Origin: an uncultured Chloroflexia bacterium | Lineage (GTDB): Bacteria > Chloroflexota > Limnocylindria > QHBO01 | NCBI GenBank assembly: GCA_963783495.1 | Contig: CAWANT010000006.1 | Location: 71,799 to 135,798 of the forward strand | DNA: 64,000 nucleotides | Direction of reading: 5' to 3' | In this document: in pieces, positions 19,609-30,056 of the stretch | Layout: each line of letters begins with the position of its first letter | Position numbering within the stretch: the stretch's first letter is position 1 | Position numbers and translations under genes: made by a program | Notes under the pieces: model-generated | Databases searched by the model: none | What the model saw: the letters and a program-made list of their open reading frames with translations, nothing else | Told to the model about the DNA's origin: nothing

Positions 19609-21821
19609 CTACGCGGATTCCGTTGACTCTTGCGGGATCAGTGGATCGGCGGCCTGCCAGGCGCCGGTGGCGTCGGCCAGCCACTCGGCCACGTCGCGGA
19701 CGGCCACGTCGGTCCGTTCCAGGTCGGTCACGCCGTCGCGCAGCATGATCAGGCAGTACGGGCAGGCGGTGGCGATGGCATTCGCCTCGGTGGCCAGCGC
19801 ATGCTCCACCCGCCGGTGGTTGATGCGCTGCCCCTCGCGCTCCTCCATCCACATCCGCGCCCCGCCGGCGCCGCAGCACATCCCCTTGCGATGGTGGAGC
19901 TCCATCTCGACCAGATCCGTGCCCGGCACGGCGTCGACCACCCGCCGGCCCTCGTCGTAGACCTGGTTGTAGCGGCCCAGGTAGCAGGCATCGTGGTAGG
20001 CGACCATGGCCTCGTGGTGCTCGGTCGGCACCAATCGGCCCTCCTGCCACCAGCGTGTCCAGCAGCTGGGTGTGGTGGATCACGCGCAGGCCGCGCAGGC
20101 CGAACTGCGGGTACTCGTTGCGGATGGTGTTGAAGCAGTGCGGGCAGCTGGCCACCACGGTCTGCACGCCGTGCACGTCGCGGGCCGAGGTGAGGGTGGT
20201 GACGTTCTCCTCGGCCAGCATCTGGAACAGGTACTCGTTGCCCGCCCGCCGGGCGGGATCGCCGCTGCAGGTCTCCTGCGAGCCGAGCACCGCGAACGGC
20301 ACCTCCGCCTGGCGCAGCAGCTGGGCCATGGCGCGCACCACGCGCCGGTTGCGGTCGTCGAACGCGCCGGCGCAGCCGACCCAGTACAGGATCGGCGCAT
20401 CGCGCCGGCCCATGCCGTAGATGGTGCGCCACGGCCGCTCATCGCCGGTCGACGGCGGTGCCGGCAGTGGGTCGCGGCCGAGGACGGGGACATCCAGGCC
20501 CTTGGCCCAGTCCAGCCGGGCCGACTTCGGCTGGCCCCACGGATTGCCGGCGTTCTCCATGTTGCGGAAGGCGGCGTTCAGCTCGGTCGGGAAGCGAGGA
20601 CTCCTCCAGCACCAGGTTGCGGCGGATCTCGACGATCGAGTCGACGTGCTCGATCAGCACCGGGCAGCCCTCCACGCACCAGCCGCAGGTGGTGCACTGC
20701 CAGACCGCCTCCTCCGGAATGGCGTTGTCGACCAGCGGCAGCGACAGCGCCTCGGCCGCTCGCTCGCGGGCCAGGCCGAGTGCCGCGTCCGAGGCCTCGA
20801 CGCCGCCGTTGGCCCCGCCCTTCGCCGCGCGCTGGGCGGAGGCGGCCGCCGCCAGCGCCGTCTCGGCCATCACGATCTGGTCGCGCAGCCCCTCCATGAA
20901 GTGCTTGGGGCTGAGCGTCTTGCCGGTCAGGCTGGCCGGGCAGAACTCCATGCAGCGGCCGCACTCGGTGCACGACAGGCCGTCCAGCAGGTGGCGCCAG
21001 GAGAGGTCCTGGAGCGTCTTGGCCCCGTAGACCAGCTCCTCGCCGGGCGGCGGCTCGGCCTCCAGGTCCATCGTGCGCAGCGCGCCGCGCGGCTCCAGGT
21101 TGCGGAAGTAGACGTTCGGCTCGCTGGTCAGGATGTGCAGGTGCTTGCTGAACGGCAGGTACGCGCCGAAGGCCAGCACGAAGCCGATGTGCAGCCAGGC
21201 GAACAGGCCGAACCAGGCCAGGGCGGCATCGGTCCCGATGGGTGCCAGCACGCCGGACAGCGGCCCGGCCAGGAACGCCAGCGTCGTGCCCGGGATCGTC
21301 CGGATGCGCCACGAAGCGCAGCGCGTCGCCGACCAGCTCGGTGGTGACGACGGCCAGGATCAGGGCCAGGATCACGAACGCGTCGCGCGACAGGGCCAGG
21401 CGGGTCGGCCGCAGCACGATGCGGCGGAAGAGCGAGTAGCAGCACGCCCGACCAGCACCAGGCCGATGAACAGGTTGGCCAGCCCCACCGCCAGCATCCA
21501 CAGCACGCCGCCCAGCGGCCAGGCCAGCACCGTCTCGACCAGGCCGTTGGTGATGTAGTTGCCGGTCGTGACCAGCAGCGCCACGAAGCCCCAGAAGATG
21601 AAGGCATGCATCAGCCCCGGCACCGGGTCCTGCAGCAGCCGCTTCTGGCCGATGACGTAGACGACGAAGCCCCAGATGCGGCGCAGCGGCTGGTCGATGC
21701 GGTTCAGCGGACGCCCGGCCCGCAGCACCGCCACGTGGTAGCGGGCGCGCCGCCAGAACGCGGTCGCCGCCACTGCCAGGGCGACGACGATCAGCGGGTA
21801 GTACGGGATGCCGAGCGTCAT
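19609..21821 (-). CDS. Membrane-bound (Fe-S)-binding oxidoreductase with 2x4Fe-4S and 2xCCG domains (HdrD/GlpC-like, 'EtfD-like'); 4 frame breaks
   Basis: N-terminal TM helices, then CTECGRCMEFCP and CTTCGWCVEGCP. CCG-type motifs VGCAGAFD, SCPHCFNTI, DACYLGR, MCCGAGG and ACPYC. Pieces lie in ORFs 21372.., 20578.., 20439.., 19580.. and 19609... Breaks near 21445, 21310, 20590 and 20040. Confidence 0.8.
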
Positions 21822-21873
21822 GCGGCCGCAGATGCTACCGGCGCCGCAGGCCGGCCGAACGGTCAGGCGCGCC

Positions 21874-22851
21874 TCAGTGATCGCCGCCGGCCAGCTGCTC
21901 GGTCGCGTGGCGCAGCACCGGCAGAGCCGCGTTCAGCGACTCGATGGCGCCCTTCGGGGAGCCGGGCAGGTTGACGATCAGGGTCGTGCCTCGCGCCGCC
22001 ACCACGCCCCGTGACAGCGAGGCCATGGGCGTGGAGGCGAGTCCGGCGGCGCGCATCATCTCGGCGATGCCCGGCACCTCACGGTCGGCGATCCGCAGCG
22101 TGGCGGCAGGCGTGACGTCGCTCGGGGTCAGGCCGGTGCCGCCCGTGGTCAGGATGAGCCGATGCCCGGCGTCCGCCAGGCGCGTCAGGGCCGCGGCGAT
22201 GGCCGTCTTCGTCGTCCGGCACGACCACCGCGTCCGGCTCCGGGTCCCAGCCGGCGGCGCGCAGCGCCTCGACCAGGGCCGGGCCGGCCGTGTCGTCCCG
22301 CTCCCCCGCCGCCGAACGGTTCGAGCAGGTGACCACCACCGCCTCGTGCGCGGCGGCAGCGCACGGCGCGGGCTGGCCGTCTGCCGCCCAGGACCCGCTG
22401 CGGCCACCCTCCTTCTCCACCAGGGCCACGCGCTCGATCACGATGTCGCGCTGCAGCGCCTTGGCCATGTCGTACAGGGTCAGCGCCGCGACGCTGGCGG
22501 CGGTCAGCGCCTCCATCTCGACGCCGGTGCGCGCGGTGACCCCCACCTCGGCGCGGATCGTGACCGTGCCGGCCTCGCGGTCCGGGGTCAGCGTCACCTC
22601 GACCGTGTCCAGCGGCAGCGGATGGCACAGCGGGATCAGGTCTGCCGTCCGCTTGGCGCGCGCCGATGCCGGCCAGCCGCGCCACGCCGAACGCGTCGCC
22701 CTTCGGCCCGCCGGCGTCGATCAGGGTGCGCCAGCGTGTCGGGCTGCATGCGGACGGTGGCCTCCGCCACGGCGCGGCGGGCGGTCACCGGCTTGCCGCC
22801 CACGTCGACCATGCGCGCCTCCCCGCCCGGACCGAGATGGCTCGTCGTCAT
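21874..22851 (-). CDS. moaC: Bifunctional MoaC (cyclic pyranopterin monophosphate synthase) / MogA-MoaB-type molybdopterin adenylyltransferase fusion; 3 frame breaks
   Basis: MoaC motifs [25 protein letters not shown] and [20 protein letters not shown] run in the same frame into the MogA part: [45 protein letters not shown]. Breaks near 22728, 22655 and 22205. The start overlaps the moeA stop (ATGA). Confidence 0.8.
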
Positions 22852-24052
22852 GCGATGGCTCCCAGCAGGAGCGCATCGTACGTCCGCCCCGCCTCGGCGG
22901 CCGGCTCCCCTTCCGGCACGATCAGCAGGGCGTTGGCGCTGGCCATGGGCCGCAGCTGCGACGAGGCCTGCCCGCCGGCCGGCCGCGCCTCCAGCCCATC
23001 GGCCCCGCGCGCCAGCTGCACCCGCAGGTAGGCGCGCCGCTCCTCGTCCTTCGGCATCCGGTCGCGGGCGACGCGCCGGCAGGGTCACCCGGCCGCTGCC
23101 TGACAGGCCGAGCATGCGGCGGATGAGCGGCCGCGCAAACAGCTCGAAGGTGACGAGGGCGCTGACCGGGTTGCCGGGCAGGCCGATCACCGGCACGCCC
23201 TCCACCGCGCCGAAGGCGAGCGGCTTGCCCGGCTGCACGCGGATGCGCCAGAAGTCGAGCGAGCCGAGGCGCTCGATCACGTCACGCACGTGGTCATGGC
23301 GCCCGACCGACACGCCGCCGGAGACGACCAGCAGGTCCGCCTCCGGCGCGCCGCGCACGACCTGCTGCTCGATCCGCGCTGGATCGTCCGGCGCGCGCTC
23401 CAGGCGGCATCGGCTCGCCGCCGGCCTCGGTGATGGCCGCCGCCAGCGCCAGCCCGTTGGCGTCGTGGATCTGGCCCGGCGCCAGCGGCGCACCGGGCGG
23501 CTGCAGCTCGTCGCCGGTCGACAGGATCGCGACCCGGGGGCGGCGCCGCACCTCCAGCTCGCCCAGGCCCAGCGATGCCAGCAGGCCCAGCGTGGCGGCG
23601 GTGAGCAGCTCGTCCGGCAGGGTCACGGCGTCGCCGGCACGCGTGTCGTGGCCCGCTGCGACGGACGTAGGCGCCCGGCTCGGTGGCTGGGCACCTCCAC
23701 GTCCACCTCCCGTCTCGGCCACGACCTCAATCGGCGCAACCGCATCGGCGCCGGGCGGCATCGGGCGCGCCGGTCATGATCCGGGCGGCCGTGCCCGGCC
23801 CGACGTCGGGCAGCGTTCCGGCGCCCGGCCGCCACCTCGCCGACCAGCTCGCAGCCGGCCCGGCGTGTCCGCCGCGCGCAGCGCATAGCCGTCCATCGAC
23901 GAGTTGTCGAACGGCGGGACGTCGACGGCCGCGGTGAGCTGGAACGAGGCCGGCACGCGGCCGAAGCATGCGGTCCAGTGGCAGGCGTCTCGGCCTCGGT
24001 CAACCGGGCCGTCGGCCAGGATGCCGGCCAGGGCCTCCTCGACCGAGCGCAC
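22848..24052 (-). CDS. moeA: Molybdopterin molybdenumtransferase MoeA; 6 or more frame breaks
   Basis: PPFDNSSMDGYA, RIMTGAP, VAILSTGDEL, IHDANG, LLVVSGGVSVG, GLPGNPVSALVTFELFARP and the C-terminus RRAYLRVQL are scattered over ORFs 23774.., 23727.., 23623.., 23294.., 22636.. and 22848... Confidence 0.8.
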
Positions 24053-24056
24053 TGGC

Positions 24057-25186
24057 TCAGACGCCGAGCTTCAGCCGCGTGTCGACCAGGCGCAGGATGC
24101 CGGTCGCGGGTCAGCAGGCCCACCACCGTGCGGCCATCGTCCTCGACCACCGGCAGCTGGTTGACCTGGCGCTCCTGCAGGAGCTCCAGCGCGCTGCCCA
24201 GCTCGTCGTCGGGACCGACGCGGGCGAGGTCCGCGTAGCGGGTCATGATGTCGGTGACGCGGGCGTCCGGCCAGTCCTCGCGCGCGACGCGGCGCACGTC
24301 GGACAGGCTCACGATGCCGGCCAGGCCGCCATCGTCGTGGCGGACCAGGAACGACCGCCCGTCGCCGCGGACCAGGCGGCTGTCGACCAGGTCGGCGATC
24401 GTCTCGTTCGGCGACACGGATGCCGGCTCGGCATCCATCACGTCGCGCACCTTCACGCCGGCCAGCGAGCGCTGGACGCCGAGCTGCTGGACAGTGGCGC
24501 CGGCCGCGTTCGAGAGGAACCAGCCGATCAGCGCCAGCCACAGCCCCGAGAAGTCGCCGGTGAACGCCCACCACACGCCCAGCGCGATCAGCAGGTAGCC
24601 GAACAGCCGCCCCACCACCGCCGCGCCCCGGGTGGCGGCGAACTGGTCGCCGCGCACCCGCCACAGGATGGCGCGCAGGATCCGCCCGCCGTCCATCGGG
24701 AAGGCCGGGATGATGTTGAAGATCGCCAGGCTGAGGTTGATGATCCCCAGCCAGCCGGTGATGGCGGCGACGTGCGGCTGGTCGATCACCAGCGAGGCTC
24801 CGATCGAGCGCGAGCGCCCAGCACCAGGCTGCTGGCGGGCCTGCCAGCCGCGATCAGCGCCTCCTGCCCGGGCGTCTTGGCGTCGCCCTCCAGCGTGGCC
24901 GCGCCGCCGAAGATGAAGAGGGTGATGTCGCGCACCTGGATGCCGAAGCGGCGGGCGACCAGCGCGTGGCTCAGCTCGTGCGACCAGGACCGATGCGAAG
25001 AAGAGCATCGGACCACGGCCGCCCCGACCCGAAGTAGGCGAGGCTCGATCCAGCCCGGGAACCGATCCGGCAGGTCGCCGGCGGCGAGCGCGTAGCGTGA
25101 CGAGGAAGGCGATGACCAGCCAGGTCGGGTGCAGGGCGATGCGGATCCCCAGCGACGCTGCCGATCGAGAACGAGCGCCAGCCCAC
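24057..25186 (-). CDS. Site-2 protease family (M50) metalloprotease with CBS pair; 4 or more frame breaks
   Basis: HELSHALVARRFG (HExxH), FNIIPAFPMDGGR, and two CBS-like segments (VRDVMDAEPASV, VTDIMTRYADLARV). Pieces lie in ORFs 24971.., 24786.. and 23623..25008. The tail GILRLVDTRLKLGV* ends at 24057. Confidence 0.75.
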
Positions 25187-25222
25187 GGGCCGAGTGTAGC
25201 CGAGGGTGGCCGCTGGTGCCCT

Positions 25223-25892
25223 TCAGGCGCGCCCGCCGCAGGTCGCGGCGAGCCCAGCAGCGCTGACCAGGACCGCGCCGATCAGGATGGTGACGCCGGC
25301 GACCAGCGCGATCTCGTACCAGAACGGCTCCGGGAAGAAGCGCAGCAGGTTCGAATCCGGCCCGAACTGCCAGGTTCCGGCCGCGAAGAAGATGGCGTGG
25401 AAGGCGGCGAAGGCGGCGTCGAAGGCGACGGCGAAGAAGAAGCCCAGCAGCGATCGGCCGCCGTCCCGATGCCGCACCGCCGCGGCGACCATGCGCCCGT
25501 CCCCGCCGGAACGGCTCGCCCGCGCAACCGCCGGCCGATCACGATCACGATCGCCAGCGCCAGCGCGTCGGCCAGGATCAGGCCGCGCACCACGCCGCCG
25601 ACGTCGCGCATGTGGCTGCGCTCCGACTCGTCGAGGACGGGCTGCTGCGCCGTCGATGCTGACCGCGAAGTCGCCGCCCAGCAGCAGGTCACCGAGCATC
25701 GAGGTGGTGGCGCGGTCCACCGTGGCCAGGTCGGTCCCGAGCAGCGCCGGAACGTCGTGGCGCGACTGCTCGAACGAGACGAACGGCGGCACGAAGAGCA
25801 GCAGCGGTCCGGTCAGCAGCACGGCGGTGCGCGGCGGCCAGGCCGAACAGCAGCACCAGCCAGGCAGGGGCGCGGCGCGGGGCATCGATCAT
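25223..25892 (-). CDS. TIGR01906/DUF1461-family integral membrane protein (the family that includes the lipoprotein transacylase Lit); 3 or more frame breaks
   Basis: LDESERSHMRDVGGVV and the C-terminal FHAIFFAAGTWQFGPDSNLLRFFPEPFWYE match my memory of the family signature. Pieces lie in ORFs 25689..26024 (tail), 25223..25885 and 25282..25692. Confidence 0.6.
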
Positions 25893-25918
25893 CGGTCCTG
25901 GAAGCGCGGACGCGTCGG

Positions 25919-26293
25919 TCAGTCGGCGCCCGGGCGTGATGGCGCCCACGATCAGGGACAGGACCCAGCTGACGATCGAGATCACGATCGCGCCAAGCAG
26001 CGCCGGCACGAAGCCATTGACCATGAAGCCCAGATCAAGCTGGTCGCTGATGCCAGCCGGTCAGCAGCAGCATCAGGGCGTTGATGACGATCAGGAACAG
26101 GCCCAGGGTCACGGCGGTGATCGGCAGGGTGATGATCCTCAGGATCGGCTTGATGAAGGTGTTGACCAGGCTGAAGATCACCGCCACCAGCAGGAACTGC
26201 CACCACTCGGCGCCGGTAAAGTCCATCTCGGTGATCTGCACGGCCACCCACAGGGCCGCGGCGTTGACCAGGATCTGAATGATTCTGTGCCAT
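25919..26293 (-). CDS. DUF360 ('phage holin family 4'-like) small membrane protein; 2 frame breaks, ends uncertain
   Basis: IIQILVNAAALWVAVQITEMDF...LVNTFIKPILRIITLPITAVTLGLFLIVINALMLLLTGW...GFVPALLGAIVISIVSWVLSLIVG, stitched from ORFs 25982..26293, 26035..26247 and 25689..26024. The stop at 25919-25921 requires a frame change. Confidence 0.6.
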
Positions 26294-26324
26294 CGGCGCG
26301 TAGCGTAGCCGATCGCCGACTTGC

Positions 26325-27657
26325 TCAGGTGGGGAGCAGGCGCCCGCGCACCCAGGCGCCGCGCACCGTATCCGGCTGGATGCGATAGATCAGCCGGCTC
26401 AGGATCTCGTCCGGCCCGTCATGCGCGCCAGGGTTGCCGGCGTCGCCCAGCGGCGAGCGTGGTGGCTGGATCGACCACGATCAGGTCGGCTTCCTTGCCG
26501 GCCTCGACCGAGCCGATCCGATCCTCCAGCCCCAGCGCCCGCGCGCCGCCCAGCGTCGCCAGGCGCAGCCACTCGATCGGCGGCATGGCCGGGTGGGCGG
26601 CCATGCCCAGCGAGTGCAAGCCGTTCTGGGTATAGGCGCCCGCCCGCATCACGCCGAACAGCGAGACGTCCGGACCCGCCGCCACGTCCGAGCCGAGCCC
26701 GATGATCAGCCCGGCCTGCAGGTAGCGGCCGAGCGGCATGGCCCCGCTGGCCAGGAACAGGTTCGAGGCCGGGCAGTGCGCGATCGCCGCCCCGCTCTCG
26801 GCCAGGCGCCCGATCTCGCGATCCGACAGGTGGACCGCGTGCGCCAGGATCGCGCCGGGGCGCAGGCCGCCGGCACGGTCATAGACATCGGTGTAGTCGG
26901 CCGCATCGGGGAAGAGCCGGGCAACCTCGCGCCAGCTCGTTGACGTCCTCGGACAGGTGCGTCTGCCAGTACGCGCCGGTCTCGCGTGCCAGGCGCGCCG
27001 ACTCGGCCAGCATCTCCGCCGAGCAGCTCACCGCGAAGCGCGGCGAGAAGGCGTAGGAGAGGCGTCCGCCGTCGCGCGCCGTGCCAGCGCTCGCAGAGCT
27101 CCGTCGACTGCCGAGCGCTGAGCTCGAGCACCTCCTGCGGCTGCCGCTGCGACGTCATACGACAGCCGATCCATCATCACCTTGCCGAGCACGGCCCGGA
27201 TGCCGTGCGCCTCGGCCGCCCGGAAGCAGGCATCCAGGCTTGGCTGCCAGATGGCGCCGTAGGCGACCACCGTCGTCGTGCCCGCCCGCGCGAAGGCGCG
27301 GAACGCGGCCGGCGCCACCCGCTCGGCGGTCGCCTCGTCGAACTCCCGCTCCAGCGGAAAGATGTAGCGCTCCAGCCAGGCCAGCAGGTGCAGGCCGGCT
27401 CCGACGCCGGCGTTCGGCAGCTGCGGCAGGTGCGCATGCAGGTCGATCGAGGCCGGGCATCACCACCCACGGCCGCAGGTCGATCACGGTTTCGGCCTCC
27501 AGCGCGTCAGCGCTGGCGGGCTGATGGAGCCGATGGCGCCGCGCTCGTCGACGCGGATGAGGACGTCGTCCTCCCAGCGGATGCCGCCGTGGCCGTGCGG
27601 CGTCAGCAGGCGTGCGCGAATCGCGAAGGGCGGCTGCTGTGGCAGCGCTGGCGTCAC
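26325..27657 (-). CDS. Metal-dependent amidohydrolase, guanine-deaminase-like; 5 or more frame breaks
   Basis: IDLHAHLPQ...LLAWLERYIFPLEREF...GTTTVVAYG, THLSEDVNE, ILAHAVHLSDRE, HCPASNLFLASG and GLGSDVAAG. GTG start at 27657 and stop at 26325-26327. Pieces lie in ORFs 27155.., 27028.., 26706.., 26419.. and unlisted frames. Confidence 0.7.
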
Positions 27658-27698
27658 GCTGCGGATGGTACCGGTTTCAGGAGGTCTGCCGGCTCCGG

Positions 27699-28628
27699 TC
27701 AGTCAGGGACGTCTATCGTCACCCAATCGACGAGGATGTGCCCGGAGGCGGGCGGCGGCAGCGAACCCTGCGGCCAGGTCTCCATCTGCATGATGTAGAT
27801 CATCGGGCCGTCCGGCACCTTGGGGCCCTCGGAGCGACCGATGCGCCTGCCGTCGACGTGGAACGTGACGTAATCACGGCTGGCATGCCACTTCATGGTG
27901 TAGGTGTGCCAGCGCTGCAGCTTCACGCCAGCGTCGTACCAGTCCTGGAACTTGCCCGTGCGAGGCTCCGGGTCGTAGTGCATGAACGCATTGGCCGTCG
28001 ACGTCAGGTTGAGCTTGGCCTCCGGATAGTCGATCTCGCCGTTGGAGTTCCCCTCCCCCTCGGTCGGCCACAACATGTAGACGACCTTGTAGCCCGGGAT
28101 CACGTCGGCGCGCATGCAGACGGAGATCCGCATGGCCTTCCGGCCATCGAGCCTGGGCCGCATGGCGGCCACATATCGCGTCCCGCCTTCGGAGTGGATC
28201 CAGACGTCGAGCAGGCCATGGTGCTGCGACGTGGTCTTCATCGTGTTGTAGGTGCCGCGGCCGCTGGTGTCGCGGGATCCGAGGCGCGCTTGCCACTTGC
28301 CGCTGGGATGCTCGTGGCGACCGCCTGGCTTCCCCCACTGTCCCAGGGCGATGTCGGTCCGGAAGGAATCGGCCATCAGGCGCCGCCATCCTCTCGGAGC
28401 GCGGCCGCGACCGGTGCTGCATCGCCCGGAGGTTGCGGCGAGGCTCGCCGGCTGCACCCCCGTGGAGCTGTCCTGAATCACGGCCAGGGCCTTGGCGCGG
28501 ATCGGGGACGCGACGGATCCGGGTTCGGCTCGAAACTCGATTGGAGTGGCGACGAGCAGTGCGGCCATGACGGCGCAGGCGATGGATCGGTGGGAACGGC
28601 GGACGCGCGCCAGGGACACTGAGGGCAT
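27699..28628 (-). CDS. Secreted GH16-like / concanavalin-A-like glucanase-fold protein
   Basis: Uninterrupted frame. Start taken at MPSVSLARV (ATG 28626-28628), with signal-like IACAVMAALLVATP. Contains WPTEGEGNSNGEIDYPE (ExDxxE-like) and a beta-jelly-roll-like C-terminus. Visibly lower GC than its neighbours. Confidence 0.6.
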   Translation of the reverse strand: MPSVSLARVRRSHRSIACAVMAALLVATPIEFRAEPGSVASPIRAKALAVIQDSSTGVQPASLAATSGRCSTGRGRAPRGWRRLMADSFRTDIALGQWGKPGGRHEHPSGKWQARLGSRDTSGRGTYNTMKTTSQHHGLLDVWIHSEGGTRYVAAMRPRLDGRKAMRISVCMRADVIPGYKVVYMLWPTEGEGNSNGEIDYPEAKLNLTSTANAFMHYDPEPRTGKFQDWYDAGVKLQRWHTYTMKWHASRDYVTFHVDGRRIGRSEGPKVPDGPMIYIMQMETWPQGSLPPPASGHILVDWVTIDVPD

Positions 28629-28751
28629 ATCACTCCGATGCAGGTAGCGGGGGTCAACAGAAGGTCGAGTTATGACCTTATGGGTGGACTGCGATGGTGG
28701 CGATGACGGGATGGTTCTGCAAGCGTGCCCCACGGACGTACGTCGCGGCCC

Positions 28752-29322
28752 CTACCCATCGGTACCGATACCAAGCGTGGCCTGCACGGCTGAGCGCACG
28801 GATTCCAGGGCGCGGCGAGCCTGGGCGAGGTGGAACCGATCGTGCCCTGCCGCCAGCGTGAAGGTCAGCCCGTAGCTCTCCGGACCGCGCTCGCGATGGA
28901 TCCCGAACCGATCGCGCTGTTCGACAGGGGTGCGAGCCCACAGCGCCAGGTTGGCGCGACGGAGGGCCTCGAACGTCGCCAGCAGCTCGGCCGGGATCCT
29001 CGACCGGCTGGTGCAGCCGGTTGACCCACAGGTCCTGGTCGTAGCCCACCAGCTCCGGGCGGTCGTGGGCAAGGATCCACCGGTATCGGCCGGAGACCAC
29101 GAGCTCGGCATCCAGCATGTGGGCAAGGCACTCGCTGACGGACCACTCACTGTCTTCGGGACGTCGGTCCGTATCGGCGCCGGCGTCGGCCAGCAGCTCG
29201 CGGATGAGCGGCACAGTCTCAGCCTGCACGTCGGCCGGATCGTCGTCGCCAACCAGGCTGACCAGCAGATCCTGGTAGGCCTTCGGGGCCGATACGGGAT
29301 CCGGGCTGGCGACGGTCTGCAT
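28752..29322 (-). CDS. DinB-family (DinB_2) metal-dependent protein; 1 frame break
   Basis: WSVSECLAHMLDAELV...RYRWILA is in ORF 28678..29322. The C-terminus LTFTLAAGHDRFHLAQARRAL is in ORF 28752..29417. Break near 28990. Confidence 0.75.
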
Positions 29323-29345
29323 CGGCTCAGGCTAGCCGAGATGAA

Positions 29346-29423
<78 letters not shown>

Positions 29424-29529
29424 ACCGACCCCAGAAGTCTACGACACGACGCAGCGCCGAAGACGACGCTCGTCATGCGCCACAGATACGGACATTTCGC
29501 ATTTGACAGACATCTGCGAGAGTCGGAAC

Positions 29530-30056
29530 ATGATGATCGACATGGCCACCACCCTGCCGGCCGGCGCAACGGGTCAGGAACCGCATCCCGACCACCGCTA
29601 CGACGAGTTCATCGAAGGCTTCGCCCGCCTGATGGAGAGTCGCGGCATTCCACGGGCCGCCGGCCGCATCTTCTCCTTCCTGCAGGTGTCCGATCCCCCA
29701 GAACAAGCCGCGGCGGAAATCGCGAACGCGCTGGGGAGTCAGCCTGGGCACCGTCAGCAGCATGACCCGCCTGCTGATGCAGGCCGGGTGGGTGGAGCGG
29801 GTCTCACGCCGCGGCGAGCGGCAGGCGCGCTACCGGAGCAGCGCGGGGATGATGAGTCTCACCGTCGACGGGGTGATGGAGCCGACACGCCGCGCGCGCC
29901 AGCTCACCCAACGCGGCCTGGAGCTCATGGCCGACCGTCCGGCACCTGACAGGGCCCGGCTCGAGCGAGCTCAACGCCGTCTATGCATTCTTCGAGGAGT
30001 GGCTCCCCATGCTCCTCGAGCATTGGCACCAACGGGGGCAGAAAGAAGCGCAATGA
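29530..30056 (+). CDS. GbsR/MarR-type winged-helix transcriptional regulator; 2 frame breaks
   Basis: FIEGFARLMESRGIPRAAGRIFSFLQVSDPPEQAAAEIANALG, then TVSSMTRLLMQAGWVERV. The tail ...FFEEWLPMLLEHWHQRGQKEAQ* ends in an ATGA overlap with the ABC ATPase. Breaks near 29750 and 29975. Confidence 0.7.

Noticed and set aside
29503-29531. A consensus -35 (TTGACA, 29503-29508) upstream of the GbsR-type regulator, as a promoter call.
   Set aside because: The best -10 at 17-nt spacing is GAACAT and overlaps the annotated ATG (29530). It would only work with a downstream, leaderless start (ATG 29542). This is too weak to report as a feature.
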